From Octopus bimaculoides (taxonomy: Eukaryota): DNA of 64,000 nucleotides. The notes under the pieces were generated by a model. That model did not search any database. It was given only the letters and a program-made list of their open reading frames with translations, and had not been told where the DNA came from. The stretch spans positions 14,702,081-14,766,080 of the forward strand of contig NC_068988.1 in the NCBI RefSeq assembly GCF_001194135.2. The letters run 5' to 3'. Both the position numbers and the translations under genes were made by a program. Each line of letters begins with the position of its first letter. The stretch's first letter is position 1. This document shows positions 37,251 to 50,928 of the stretch, one piece after another.

Positions 37251-40046
37251 TAATGCTGGTTAAAAGTGTCTTGTTAGACAGCTACTTCCAGCCAAACACA
37301 ACTCTTATGATTCCACCCTTTATTTTTCAATAACAACTTCACTGAGAGAAGATAAGGTAGTTCTGCAAAGCTGCTTACTATACAATGTAATACACCCACA
37401 GAACATTAGAGTACTACAAACAAAAGCTGCTGTACACAACATTCTTGATTGTATACAAGACAATTTTAGACTGCATAGAGAGAAAGATTAACAAGTTTTC
37501 ACTCACCAACACGCTACAACATAATATGCTAACATATGACTTACACACTGCAAACACAGACACATTGTACAAACCAACAGGAGAGCCTCTACATGGTAAC
37601 TCAGCCTGCTAGAAATAGCAACCAAATCTCTAATCACACCCTACCTTCTTCAAAAAGGGCATGTTGAATATACTTGATCAGAGATGTCATGGAGCTAAAC
37701 AACAACAGACATTAACTGACACACACTATCTCATTTATCATTACTTCATCAATTCCTCTTCTGATGAACTAAAAAAACTTCCCCATTCTCCATTCATCAT
37801 CTTAGTGTATCTCATCCTCAGAAACTCACACTAAAAACCTTATCCAAACCTTTATCCCAATGATAAAACCTTTATCCCTTCTTGCCCATAACGACCCCCA
37901 CAAGCATCAACTTTCAGAAATTCAGACTGAACATTTTTGCTATTTTCAAACTTTAATTCTCTTTCCTATAACATAAACCCTTTTGCAATTAAGATGTCTT
38001 ATCACAAACAGCTGAAACTGAGAATATCTACAGCAATTAATCAACCAAGAGGTAACCAATAAACTCAACAAGTCAGTATGATCTCAGTGACTAGTTGTCA
38101 CAGTATGCTCCTAATAACCAATTCAATCAGATCCCAACAAGTGAATTCTTATCGGGAATACTAGCCTTGTTGAATCACAAGTTTTCATTCTGCTGTAGAC
38201 ATTATTTTATGTTGTTAGCAAGGTAATTAACTTTATCTACTTTATTACTTGTTGCAGAAAATAATTAAGCAGTGAATTTATAATAAAATAGTCCTACAAC
38301 CCACCACCATCATCATCATCATCATCATCTTTTAATGCCCATTTTCCATGCCGGCTTGGGTTGGATGGTTTAACCAGAGCTGGCAAACAGGAGAGCTGCA
38401 CCAGCTCCAGTTAAACCATCCAACCCAGTGAAAAACAAAGAAACTCTGCTCCCTTTTAACTTAATAAGTCAGTGTAGGTTAAGACAAGATTAGCATTTAT
38501 TAGAGAGAGAGAGTAACGCTACATAACCTAACAGATCTTTGTAAATCCATTGAAGACTTATGTGCAGCAATTCAAGAGAAAATACACTATAGTAATTTTT
38601 TAATTGTTTTTATCAGATTCTTTTGTTACTTATATTTCTAATGAAATATATTGTGCATATGTCTCAATTACGTTTTTTTAGATAATCAAAAAGATTAGGA
38701 AGGGCTTAATAAAATAACTGACTACACTAATTATCATCATCATTGTTTTTTTATGGATAGCCGCGCTCTTCATCGACGGACGAGCCGAGTGATCCCCTGT
38801 CCAAAAATAAAAAGATTTTCACAGGGCTTCTTTCAGTTTCTATCTACCAAATCCGCTCACAAGGCTTTGGTCAGCTCAAGGCTACAGTAGAAGACATTTG
38901 ACCAAGGTGTCACACAGTAGGACTGAACTTGGAACCATGTGGTTGGGAAGCAAGTTTCTTACCACACAGCCAGATTCCTTTTGGGTTTTTTTTTTTTTTT
39001 TTTTTTTCTTAATTCTCTGTTAATGCTTAAGTACACAGCAACTTCACTTTTGTGATGAACTGTTCCTTTGCAGTATATAATATTTATTAATTACAAAAAG
39101 GACAACAGTTAAATGCTACTAATCTTTTATCAAATATACCAACTATTGGTCTCAGTTGACATACTGTCAACAACATAGATGCACCTTAACATTTGATGCT
39201 AAAACTAAATCTAATTCTTAATTAACCTAAGTTCTTTTCATTCATACTTGTCATTTAGTAATTAATTCTACAATTAATTATTATATCCATCATCATCATC
39301 TAATATAACAAATGTAGAGAGTATCTGACTTCATATGATTACTTTACACTCGATTATTCATGCGACGATTAGTGAATGAAGTATCCTACATTTGGATGGT
39401 CACATATCATTGAAACAAGCATCTTTATGGCTGAATGGCTTTATTACTGCAAACCACTAATCCGTGACGTCATTATCATCATCATCATCATTTAACATCT
39501 GCTTTCCATGCTGGTATGGTTTGGACAGTTTGATATGGAGCTGGCTAGCAAAGCTGTTCAGACTGATTGTCTGTTCAGGCATGGTTTCTACAGCTGGACG
39601 TCCTTCCTAACACCAACCACTTAACAGAGTGTACTGGGTGCTTTTTACATGCCACAACTATTTTTTAGTTAGATCAAAAAGAGTAACAATGGTTGAAGCA
39701 AAGTTTCAGCTGGTGAACATACATATAAAGAAGATCAATTCTAAGTCAAGTTCCCTTTGAATACAGAAATTCTAGTGCCAAGAGTCCAAATATCTGGGCA
39801 CTGGAATAGCAGAAATAACCATGTGGTTAAGAAGTTTGTTTCACAATCATATAATTTTGAGTTCAACCTCACCATGAAACACATGAACCAAATGTTTTCT
39901 TCTATAGCCTGAGGTCAGCCCAAGCTTTGTGAGTGGAACTGAATAGAGGATTAGATGATAGAAAAAACACAAGGGCACAGGGCATATTAGATGTACCCCA
40001 ATTGTAGCAGCACACATTCATAGAAAAAATGTTTTTAGATCATTAA

Positions 40047-40267
40047 CCCTTTAGCATTTAGAATAGTCTGCCAAGTGTAATGCTTATTTATTCACATTGA
40101 TATGAATTAGACATGCATTACTTTGTAGCTTTGAAATTTCAATGACATGATTCTTTATTTCCAGAATAACACTATGGGGTAAGTGCGAGATACCAGATCT
40201 GGCCAGTTTGAAGATAAAATAGGTAGAGTCTTTTGGCCGGATATGGCCAGTTTAAATGCTTAAAGGG
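40047..40267. mobile_element. piggyBac-like MITE (same family as 8989-9206)
   Basis: ttaa|ccctttagcattta ... taaatgcttaaaggg|ttaa. Confidence 0.8.
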
Positions 40268-41413
40268 TTAAAGTATGTGATATTTAAAGCAATCTAACAG
40301 CACATTGCAAAACATTACAAAAGTACCTTGAATATAGCAGAAAACATTACTGTATATAATAAGTAAATATTACTATTATGGAGTCAGGCTACATAGAAAA
40401 GACTGTCTGGATTAAACTTATCCTACAGAGTGAGTATCAGGGACAAAATTACTATATAAGAACCCAACTTTGCATATAGGACTCAGGATGATTTTCTGAA
40501 ACATTTCTTCTTTTTTTTTTTTCTTTTGTAATAAAAAAAGTGCATCTTATATACCATCAAATATGGTATATAGAAACTGTACAGAAGCCCATAAGATGAA
40601 ATGAAATTATTCATGGGTGGTAAATTTGTCTCCCAGTTTAACACCACCACTTGCTCATTGGATGTCTCTTCTTTCACATAGTTCTCTTTGCTGCAAGTCT
40701 ATAAGACCAATGGAGCAACAGAAGTACTGACAGAATAAATTTATCCTAGACAACATATCAGTCTGGTATTTAGAGCAGTTAAGTAGGTGAAAGTTTAAAA
40801 CTGCTAAATTTAATTTCCACCCTTGTGACATAAAGCAAAATATTTTCTTTTATAATTCCCACTTTTGTGAATGACTGCAATATTGAGAGAGAGGTGTNNN
40901 NNNNNNNGGGGGGGGGGTGAGCACAATGATTCTGATCAACCTGATTACTTGGTATGTTGACTGGATTAAATAGTAAGTTGGCTAGTCTAATATTATGGAA
41001 GATGAGAAGTTAAACAATGAAAAATAACTTGTATCATATGAAAACAAAAATAATAAAACATTAATCAAAATAATATCCCTCCCAGTCTAAACAAATATTA
41101 AATCTATCCTAATTATATATGGGGAAGTTGGTGAGTTTAGATAAGATTGTATGCCAAGAGAAGAGGGGGATACTGACATTTGGTGAGTCCACTGATGTCT
41201 GAGAGGGCAGAAAAAATTTCTTTCTGTTTTGAAATTTATGTATGTATTTTGTAGGCATAGCTGTTTGGTTGAGGAGTTTTTTTTCACAACCATGTTGTGG
41301 TTTCATATTCAGTTCCACAATGTAGTACCTTGGGCAAGTGTTTTCTACTGTATCCTGAGGCCAACTGAAGCTTTGTGAGTGGGTTTGGTAGATGGAAACT
41401 GAAAAAAGCCTGT

Positions 41414-41450
<37 letters not shown>

Positions 41451-41530
41451 TTATTAATAAGGGTAGAAATTGATATTACTCAATTAAAACCAGTGGTCTA
41501 GCATATTAAAAAAATCCAAAGATTAAAATT

Positions 41531-41684
41531 ATATAACATACAAAAATAAGAGGAATGACCAGCAAAAATGGACTCCTATATGCTAGAAATAGATGCCGAA
41601 TCGTGGTTAGATGATTCGGCATCTATTTTTAGCATATAGGAGTCCACTTTTGCTGGTCATTCCTCTTATCTTTGTATGTTATAT
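41531..41684. repeat. Hairpin/foldback: 72-bp arms, 10-nt loop, 3 mismatches
   Basis: atataacatacaaaaataagaggaatgaccagcaaaaatggactcctatatgctagaaatagatgccgaatc-gtggttagat-gattcggcatctatttttagcatataggagtccacttttgctggtcattcctcttatctttgtatgttatat. Confidence 0.93.
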
Positions 41685-42333
41685 ATATANNNNNNNNNNN
41701 NNNNNNNNNNNNNNNNNNNNNNNNNNNNNNNNNNNNNNNNNNNNNNNNNNNNNNNNNNNNNNNNNNNNNNNNNNNNNNNNNNNNNNNNNNNNNNNNNNNN
41801 NNNNNNNNNNNNNNNNNNNNNNNNNNNNNNNNNNNNNNNNNNNNNNNNNNNNNNNNNNNNNNNNNNNNNNNNNNNNNNNNNNNNNNNNNNNNNNNNNNNN
41901 NNNNNNNNNNNNNNNNNNNNNNNNNNNNNNNNNNNNNNNNNNNNNNNNNNNNNNNNNNNNNNNNNNNNNNNNNNNNNNNNNNNNNNNNNNNNNNNNNNNN
42001 NNNNNNNNNNNNNNNNNNNNNNNNNNNNNNNNNNNNNNNNNNNNNNNNNNNNNNNNNNNNNNNNNNNNNNNNNNNNNNNNNNNNNNNNNNNNNNNNNNNN
42101 NNNNNNNNNNNNNNNNNNNNNNNNNNNNNNNNNNNNNNNNNNNNNNNNNNNNNNNNNNNNNNNNNNNNNNNNNNNNNNNNNNNNNNNNNNNNNNNNNNNN
42201 NNNNNNNNNNNNNNNNNNNNNNNNNNNNNNNNNNNNNNNNNNNNNNNNNNNNNNNNNNNNNNNNNNNNNNNNNNNNNNNNNNNNNNNNNNNNNNNNNNNG
42301 AGAGAGAGAGAGAGAGGGAGAGAGAGAGAGAGG

Positions 42334-42375
<42 letters not shown>

Positions 42376-43747
42376 TAGAGAGAGGAAGAGAGAGGAAGGG
42401 AGCATACTAAGTAGCACTGAATGAAATATAGGCGTGTACAATCACATTTATTATGTTCATGTAAACTCCGACATTGAAGAACATCATCATCATACAGCAG
42501 AAATTGTCTGGAGAGAAAAATTATCCTTATAGACAATCACCATCATTATTACCATCAATCAAAGTTTGCCTTCCATGCTCGCATGGCTTGGATGGTTTGA
42601 CAGGAACTGGCAAGCCAGAGAGCTGCTTTGGTATGATTTCTACATTCAGATGCCCTTCTAAACACCAGCCACTGTGTGCTTTTTATGTAGCACTGTGAAA
42701 AACGTCACTGAACTATGAACGATGTCATTAAACTGTAGGACATATGCATTTCTGTGTCATTGCACATCTTCAGCTATGGACACCGAGTTGCTCTTTATAG
42801 CCACTAAGAACAGGTTGTTCTTATTTTAGAAAAGCAAATAATATGTATGTGTGTTGTGTTTGAGAGACATGGCGATTTACTGTACTTGATGAGACATGTC
42901 AAGCTAAATAAAACCAGTCTTCCACACATACAGGTTTGTCCCTTCAGGCTGGTGCCACTTATTAGAGTCTGGAGAGCTCCCTGCTAGCCAGCTCCATGTC
43001 AAACAGTCCAAACCATGCCAGCATGGAAAACAGATGTTAAATGATGATGAGGAGGATGAGGACGATATCATCATCATTCAATGTCTGACATGGGTTGGAC
43101 AACTTGACTGGAATTAGTAAGCTGAAGAGCTGCACCAGGTTCCAGTCTGAATTTGACTTGGTTTCTATAGATGGATGCCTTTTATGTGCCACCAGCATGG
43201 GTGCTTTTATGCTGTAACAATTCCATTAATCCTCTTCATTGGACTGTTACTTCAACTCCTGAAAGATGACCACAGCAAGATTTGAACTCATAGTGCAGAG
43301 AGCTCAGCCAGTTCGCCACCTAGTTGTACAGCAATAATAGTAGCTAGGTTTGAACTAATAAACTTTGTGCCAGTAAGTCAATGCTTTAATCAGTCAGTTG
43401 CTGTAACCCTCACCAGTTTCTAAACAGCATTCCATCATTCTCAATAGCATCATGTTTAATAAAAATTATACTTTCCTTTTACTGTTCTCAAAAGTATTTA
43501 TCAAAATAATTATCTTAAAAAAGCCTACCAATCCACTTCCCAACTGCTATTTTAGTATAGTTAAAAAATTTTTTTTTCAACAAAATCAAATCAAAAAGCA
43601 ATTCTTATCAAAACTTCACCAAAAGTAAAGCTATAATTTGATTTGAAGACAGACATTAGGGAATGTGGTAACAATGTGTTTTCATTTAGAAAAAGTTTGT
43701 ACAAAAATTTAACAAATTTTTAAATGAAATAAAAACTGTAATCTTAC

Positions 43748-43839
43748 CTCTCTCTCAAAAACTCAATAAACTCTTTGCTAGCAGTTTGGCCATGTTTCAT
43801 GTTATGATAAAGCACAAAAAAGCCATTGTTTTTCTCCCC
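43748..43839 (-). CDS. FCHO2: FCHO1/2 orthologue coding exon 2 ([30 protein letters not shown] + AG)
   Basis: ttttaattttgtctcaacag|GGGGAG...GAGAG|gtaaga. 92 nt, phase 0/2. Aligns with FCHO2 [31 protein letters not shown]. Confidence 0.97.
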
Positions 43840-44746
43840 CTGTTGAGACAAAATTAAAATAACAAATGAAATTTAGCAAATGAACAGTCCTTTAACATAA
43901 AAAATAAAATAATTAAAAAATAAAACATTTAAAGATACAAAGAATATTCTATAAACTGCAAAAGTAGGGAGAGAGTAGCTTGTAATGAAAAGTAACTTAA
44001 TTCCACTAATAATGTTTATTCAAGTCCATTTAAATAGGTTCTTTCTCAAAACAGATGCAATCCAATCAGGGTAATTTGCTACTAAGACATTAAACAATAA
44101 ATTCATTGCAAACACTTTTAATATAAATAATGTTAATTATTCAAAAGCAAATAACAGTTTCAACCTTTTGAAACCAACATGCCTAAGGTCACGTGTGGTT
44201 TTACGATATAAACTTCTTATTTTAAAGTGATCTAAATTAAAGCCTTTCACCAAAATTTCCTCTTAATCTATATTCAAAATACCAGCTAAATAATATCTTA
44301 CATCTTTTACTTCATTCATTCATTGGACTGCAGCCATGCTGGGGCAATGCCTGGAAGGTTTTATTTAGTTGTACTGCCACAGGGACATAAACAAACAAAC
44401 ACCAGTTGTCAAGTGATGGTGGGAGACAAACATACACATATATAATATATCAACAGGTTTCTTTCAGTTTCTGTCAACCAAATCCACTAACAAGGCTTTG
44501 GTTGAACAGAGGCTGCAATAGAAAGACACTTGCCCTCATTGAACAGACATGTTCAAAGGCATCTATGATCATCATGCCTTCTCACTATACACAGCAAAGC
44601 CAGGATCATGTTATTCAACATATACAATTCTAACATGATAGAATGCAATTTAGGGAAGAGTTGGTTGCTATTTCTAGCAGATTAAGCAATCATATAGGAA
44701 TAATACATTAGTTCAGTAAAAAATACCATATTTTTCTCATACTGCA

Positions 44747-44794
<48 letters not shown>

Positions 44795-44875
44795 TGAATG
44801 AGAAACATTTGTCACGGAAGCTTCACCCTACCTCTAGAATTAGTGACAATAAACAAATGAATTTATGAGTATCGT

Positions 44876-45058
44876 GTAACTGGCACATAAAAGCACCCAC
44901 TACACTCTCGAAGTGGTTGGCATTAGGAAGGGCATCCAGCTGTAGAAACTCTGCCAAATCAGATGAGACTGGTGTAGCCATCTGGTTCGCCATTCCTCAG
45001 TCAAATCATTCAACCCATGCTAGCGTGGAAAGCGGATGTTAAACGATTATGATGATGA
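44876..45058 (+). mobile_element. RTE 3' end (family C)
   Basis: ggcacataaaagcacccactacactctcgaagtggttggcattaggaagggcatccagctgtag...gttaaacgattatgatgatgatg. Confidence 0.85.
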
Positions 45059-45072
45059 TGATTTTCTCTGGT

Positions 45073-45137
<65 letters not shown>

Positions 45138-46482
45138 CACGTGCATGTATGCAAAATCATCATCACTTTACAACTACTTTCCATGTTGGCTTAACAAGCA
45201 GAATGGGTTATCAAAGTCAAGATCCACTTATCCACTTGAAAATACTGTTCTACTAGATGGCTCAGAGGATCACATCATGCACGTATGTTCTGTTTTGGCA
45301 TACAGCTGAATGCCTTTTCTAACACCAACCACTTTCAGAGTGTGCTGGGAGCATTTCATATCATCAACCCTAGAGTGGTTGTCATGTCGTTGACATGAGT
45401 GAAAGGTTTCTCTCAGTACCACAATGTCTCGGTTTATTTATCAATTGCATTACAGATTGCACTGGGAGCATTTAATTCTGGTACCTGACCATGTTATCAT
45501 TAAGTAGTAACAAAATTTATAGGTAATTCAAAATGTTTTCAGACAGGTTGGTGATCTAGGATCATGAAAATTTCAAGCAATGTCAGTTATGTTGGTATTG
45601 AAAGGATTAACTATAGCAAATATCACAAACTTTTTAAACAAAATACAATAAAGGTTAGCTATAGTTGCATTGAAGAATTCACCTCTTCAACATTAAAGAT
45701 CAACAAAAGAAATCATATGAAAACAAACTCAGATTTGAACTGCCATTTCTGTAGAATTGTAACATCCAAACTTCTTGGTTTTTTAATGGAAGGTGCCTTG
45801 GTAATGCATTGATATACCACAACAAAATCTCATCAACTGATGATAAAGACAGTGAATTAATGTAAAAGCTAGTATATGCAACACTTGTTATTTTTTCAGT
45901 ACCCAAAAGACAAAAACGCTGTCAACTGGGTAAATTTCCTGAAACTCTAAATGCAAAAAATACCAATAACACTAAAATAGATTTGTCAGTCACTAAAAAT
46001 CCCATCCTATATATCAATGGAACAAAGAAATATCAACTATGCCCAGAAGCGAAATTTAACATCCTGACAAAAAATTAAATATAATTAAATAAAGACAAAA
46101 GATTACATATTATTAAATAAAGACTGAACTGGATTCAAAATACTGACATAAAGATCAGTACCTTTGAGACAATACCAACTACAGATGGATTAAATCCTTG
46201 AATCAATGCACACCAATCATCAATAAAAAAAAATGTTTTAAATGAGAAACATTCTATATATATCATCTTATAAAGCCTACTACAAAACATACTGCTATCA
46301 TAATGATGAATATATTCACCAATATATTTTCATTATATTTTCTTTGTATATGTGTATTTCATATTTTTAATGATTTACATTATAATTATACTATTTATCA
46401 TATATGTATCGCTTTTTTTAATTTATAAGTTATGTATATATTGTATTATATGCATTAGAAGTATGTGATTTGCATGTTTGTG

Positions 46483-46531
<49 letters not shown>

Positions 46532-46762
46532 GTACCCATTACACTCTTGGAGTGGTTGGCATTAGGGAGAGCATCCAGCCATAGAAACCACACCAAATCA
46601 GACTGGAAACTGGTGCAGCTTTCCAGCCTGCCAGCCCTGGTCAAACTGTCCAACCGTCCATCATGCCAGCATGAGCAACAGACAGTAAATGATGATGATG
46701 ATATATATACATATATAGATACATCTTACAGATGTATAGATTGTATAATGAGTAACTTATAT

Positions 46763-46793
<31 letters not shown>

Positions 46794-46811
46794 AAATATA
46801 TATATATATAT

Positions 46812-47200
46812 AATAATAATAATATTAGGGACAAAATCCAAAATTACAGGTAAAAAACTCAATTAAAATCAATTTATAAAAAATTAAAATTAAATTGAGC
46901 CTTATAGATAAAGTATATATAAAATATATAGTTTTAGGGAAAATAACCAATTTTCAAGAACTCATCGATGAAAATCCACTATCACATATAGAAAAATTAA
47001 TAATTAAAAGCACAATAAATGAGTATAATATAAAGTAAAGTAAATATCATAAGATAAATATAATAAAAAGATTACACGTGTTTCATAACCAATTTTCAAA
47101 TAGAAAAGAAATTTAAATCGATTAAAATCAATTGAAATTATCGAAAATAAGTTCTATTCAAAAATATAGCTACTCGTCAGATCGTAAGTAGAACAATAAT
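46812..47200 (-). mobile_element. AT-rich dispersed repeat carrying a hammerhead core; probable Penelope-like element terminal repeat
   Basis: Bases 46812-46890 recur inverted at about 58590-58672, so this is a dispersed family. It carries the hammerhead motif at 47070-47183. The PLE assignment is inferred from the ribozyme type only. Confidence 0.55.
47070..47183 (-). ncRNA. Type I hammerhead ribozyme core with a large stem II insert (candidate)
   Basis: Minus strand reads gat-CTGACGA-gtagcta...(about 75 nt)...tggttat-GAAAC-acgt-GTA|atc. Stem II has 7 pairs with wobbles, stem III is the palindrome ACACGTGT, stem I is only 3 bp. Confidence 0.55.
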
Positions 47201-48362
47201 TAGATATATATCTCAACCAACAATAAGTACCAAATGAATTAATATGAAATACTTATTATATAAAGATAGAAAAATTATTTTAAAAAATATCATAATATCA
47301 AAATAATAACCATTCAATAATCATCCCTTCATCCATTATAATAACATGTATATTATATACAAAAAACATCTTACATAAATTATCATTGTCTTAAATTATC
47401 ATTGTTTTAAATACATATATATATATATATATACTACAGATTGTATTGTGTAATGCAGGTTTAAATATAGATTGCATTACATAATTTATGCATTTTCTTT
47501 TATTCTTTTACTTGTTTCAGCCATTAGACTGCAGCCATGCTGAGGCACCACCTTGAAGAATTATACCCCCAGTACATATTTATATTTTTTAAAGCCTGTT
47601 ACTTATTTTATCAGTCTCTTTAGCCAAACCATAAGTTACAGGGACATAAACACACCACCAACAACTGTCAAGCAATGGCGGGACACACAAACACACACAT
47701 ATATATGATGGATTTCTTTCCTTTTCTGTCTACCAAAACCACACACAAAGCTTTAGTTAGCCTGAGGCTATAGTAAAAGACATTTGCCCAATGTGAGAGA
47801 GAGATTAGAAAGAAAGAATGAACAAGCAAAACCTGTGGTATCATGTAACAGCATTTAATTTATAATTCAAACATAATTACAGAGTTCTTGGAGAAAATAA
47901 GGGACTAAGAAATAATGCACAAAAGCTCTTACAGGTGTGTATCTAAAATAGATATGCATATGGTGTGTAGGTCATTGAGCAAAAATTACCATATAAGCCA
48001 ACTATTCCATCTTCAGAGAGGAAGAATTAATGAACATCCATAATAAAAGATATTAGCAGTTACCAGTTCTATCATCGATTATACACACATGTGTGATGAG
48101 CTTCCACAAAGTTTCCACCTCATTCAGGGACAAGGCATTGGTCAGTCCAAGTAGAAGTACATGTCTACTGTGATCTGCAGCAGTATTGAACCCAAGACCA
48201 CATAATTTTGAAGGAAAATTCTTAACCACACATCCAAGCCTATGCCTTAAATAATCTGAGGCAAAATAGAATCCTAAGAAACTGGTGGAGATTTGTGTCT
48301 GTAGGAATTTTTTTTTTTTTTGTATATCTATATATATAGATATGTAAATATATATACATATA

Positions 48363-48403
<41 letters not shown>

Positions 48404-48431
48404 GTACATATATCTACATAAATATAACTAC

Positions 48432-48463
<32 letters not shown>

Positions 48464-49156
48464 ATATTTAAATATATGTATAAATATAGGAATATATAAA
48501 TATATATAAATATACATACCATACATATATAGATACATATATATATATATATGTATGGTATGTATACTTTTTGTATAGAAGTAACGCTTAGAACCTTAGA
48601 ATTATAGAATATTCTTGACATGGTAGAGTCTATGCTTGGGATAAAGTCCTTCTTTGGGGTTGATACATAAGGGGAAAAAGAATAAGACAAAAGAATAAGT
48701 GATTTATATATTTTCTAACAGAATGACTAGAGGCAGCTGACAGGAAAAGTAATAAGTAACGTTAAGGATGCCTGTGCAAAGAGGGGGAAGAAGAAGCTGT
48801 TAGTAAGTGAAATGGAAAGAAAAATCCAACTCAAAAATGAAGCAGGAATTATTGTGTTACGTGTCGGTGGAAAAGCAGAAAGAGAAATGTTTGTTTTCAA
48901 CCAATCAGTGCCACGCTTTGACATTAAATACAATATATTGGTCCTTAAGTTCCTTTGACTATGTAGATCCATAGTGTAGAGACATGCCGGACACTGGAAA
49001 GTGGTTGGTAGAGTGGCCCATTGTATTGAAGTAGGAGACAATGAGCTGGCCTGCAATATACAAGATTCTACGAAAGTCTATGCGAAAGTAATTGGAGAGA
49101 TGACAGCCTACTTAAGCAACACAAAGGGAACTGCAAACTTTTAAATACACACACTT

Positions 49157-49203
<47 letters not shown>

Positions 49204-49271
49204 AATATATCCCTGTCTATATATATAGATATGTAAATATATATACATATAAACGTATGAATATATATATA

Positions 49272-49679
49272 TAATCACAATGATATCTCAGGCAATAAAG
49301 AATCCTGATGATATTGTAAGCCTGTAGAATGACCTAAATGCAATATATGAGTGGGCAGAGCAAAATAATATGCAGTTCAATGCAAAAAAATTTCAAGTAC
49401 TGCGCTACAAGACCACAAGTACCTCCCAACTGGCATACACAGGGCCTGGAGGTACTGCAATCCCAGAACCACAAACAGTAAGAGATCTGGGCATCAACAT
49501 GTGTTGTGATGCATCATTTCACATGCACATTGTCAAGTTGACAGCAAAGTGCAGACAACTGGCAGGGTGGATACTGAGGACTTTCCGTACAAGGGATCAA
49601 AAAGTCATGTTGATTCTATGGAAGACATTTGTTCTGAGCCGCCTAGACTATTGCTCTCAGTTGTGGTCACCACACAGTG
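49272..49679 (+). mobile_element. CR1-group LINE fragment (RT C-terminal/thumb region), truncated by an N gap
   Basis: NDLNAIYEWAEQNNMQFNAKKFQVLRY...VRDLGINM...SFHMHIVKLTAKCRQLAGWILRTFRTRDQKVMLILWKTFVLSRLDYCSQLWSPH shows the typical CR1 DL..I..W...N.M.FN..K, DLG and RLDY.S.LWSP motifs. Confidence 0.88.
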
Positions 49680-50407
49680 NNNNNNNNNNNNNNNNNNNNN
49701 NNNNNNNNNNNNNNNNNNNNNNNNNNNNNNNNNNNNNNNNNNNNNNNNNNNNNNNNNNNNNNNNNNNNNNNNNNNNNNNNNNNNNNNNNNNNNNNNNNNN
49801 NNNNNNNNNNNNNNNNNNNNNNNNNNNNNNNNNNNNNNNNNNNNNNNNNNNNNNNNNNNNNNNNNNNNNNNNNNNNNNNNNNNNNNNNNNNNNNNNNNNN
49901 NNNNNNNNNNNNNNNNNNNNNNNNNNNNNNNNNNNNNNNNNNNNNNNNNNNNNNNNNNNNNNNNNNNNNNNNNNNNNNNNNNNNNNNNNNNNNNNNNNNN
50001 NNNNNNNNNNNNNNNNNNNNNNNNNNNNNNNNNNNNNNNNNNNNNNNNNNNNNNNNNNNNNNNNNNNNNNNNNNNNNNNNNNNNNNNNNNNNNNNNNNNN
50101 NNNNNNNNNNNNNNNNNNNNNNNNNNNNNNNNNNNNNNNNNNNNNNNNNNNNNNNNNNNNNNNNNNNNNNNNNNNNNNNNNNNNNNNNNNNNNNNNNNNN
50201 NNNNNNNNNNNNNNNNNNNNNNNNNNNNNNNNNNNNNNNNNNNNNNNNNNNNNNNNNNNNNNNNNNNNNNTATATATAAATAGATGTACATATATCTACA
50301 TAAATATAACTACATATATATATATATATACATATAAATATTTAAATATATATATAAATATAGGAATATATAAATATAATATACATACCATACATATATA
50401 CAGATGC

Positions 50408-50446
<39 letters not shown>

Positions 50447-50511
50447 TATATATAGATAGATACATATATATATATACATACATAAAAATACATACATTTA
50501 TATATACACAC

Positions 50512-50546
<35 letters not shown>

Positions 50547-50928
50547 CATACATACGCATAAGTCCTAATAAGTAGGAAGGTCGAAAAATCACAAACACCT
50601 TCAGGTAGATGGCCCTGCTCGATCTGTAGAAAAGGCATAGGTAGAAACTGCATAAGGTGCATCATCAGTGTTCTCTCTCTCTCTCTCTTTCTCTACATAT
50701 GTGTGTGTGTGTGTATACACAAACACCTACCATCCCTGTCTCTATGATTCTTTCTTGGTGTGTGTGTGTGTCTGTGTGCATAGTATTCACTTTCTCAGCA
50801 CCTCTTATGTTAATTCTTTGTATCTCTCTCTCTCTTTTTCTCTCCTTCCCTATGTCTATATAATACTGGCTATAATTATATATAGAGAGAGAGACACACA
50901 CACAATACATATATATATAGAATAAACA

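Noticed and set aside
45898-45925. Alternative exon 1 ending ...FVFW|gtac
   Set aside because: The donor is weak, there is no nearby start or promoter motif, and 59158-59193 matches far better.
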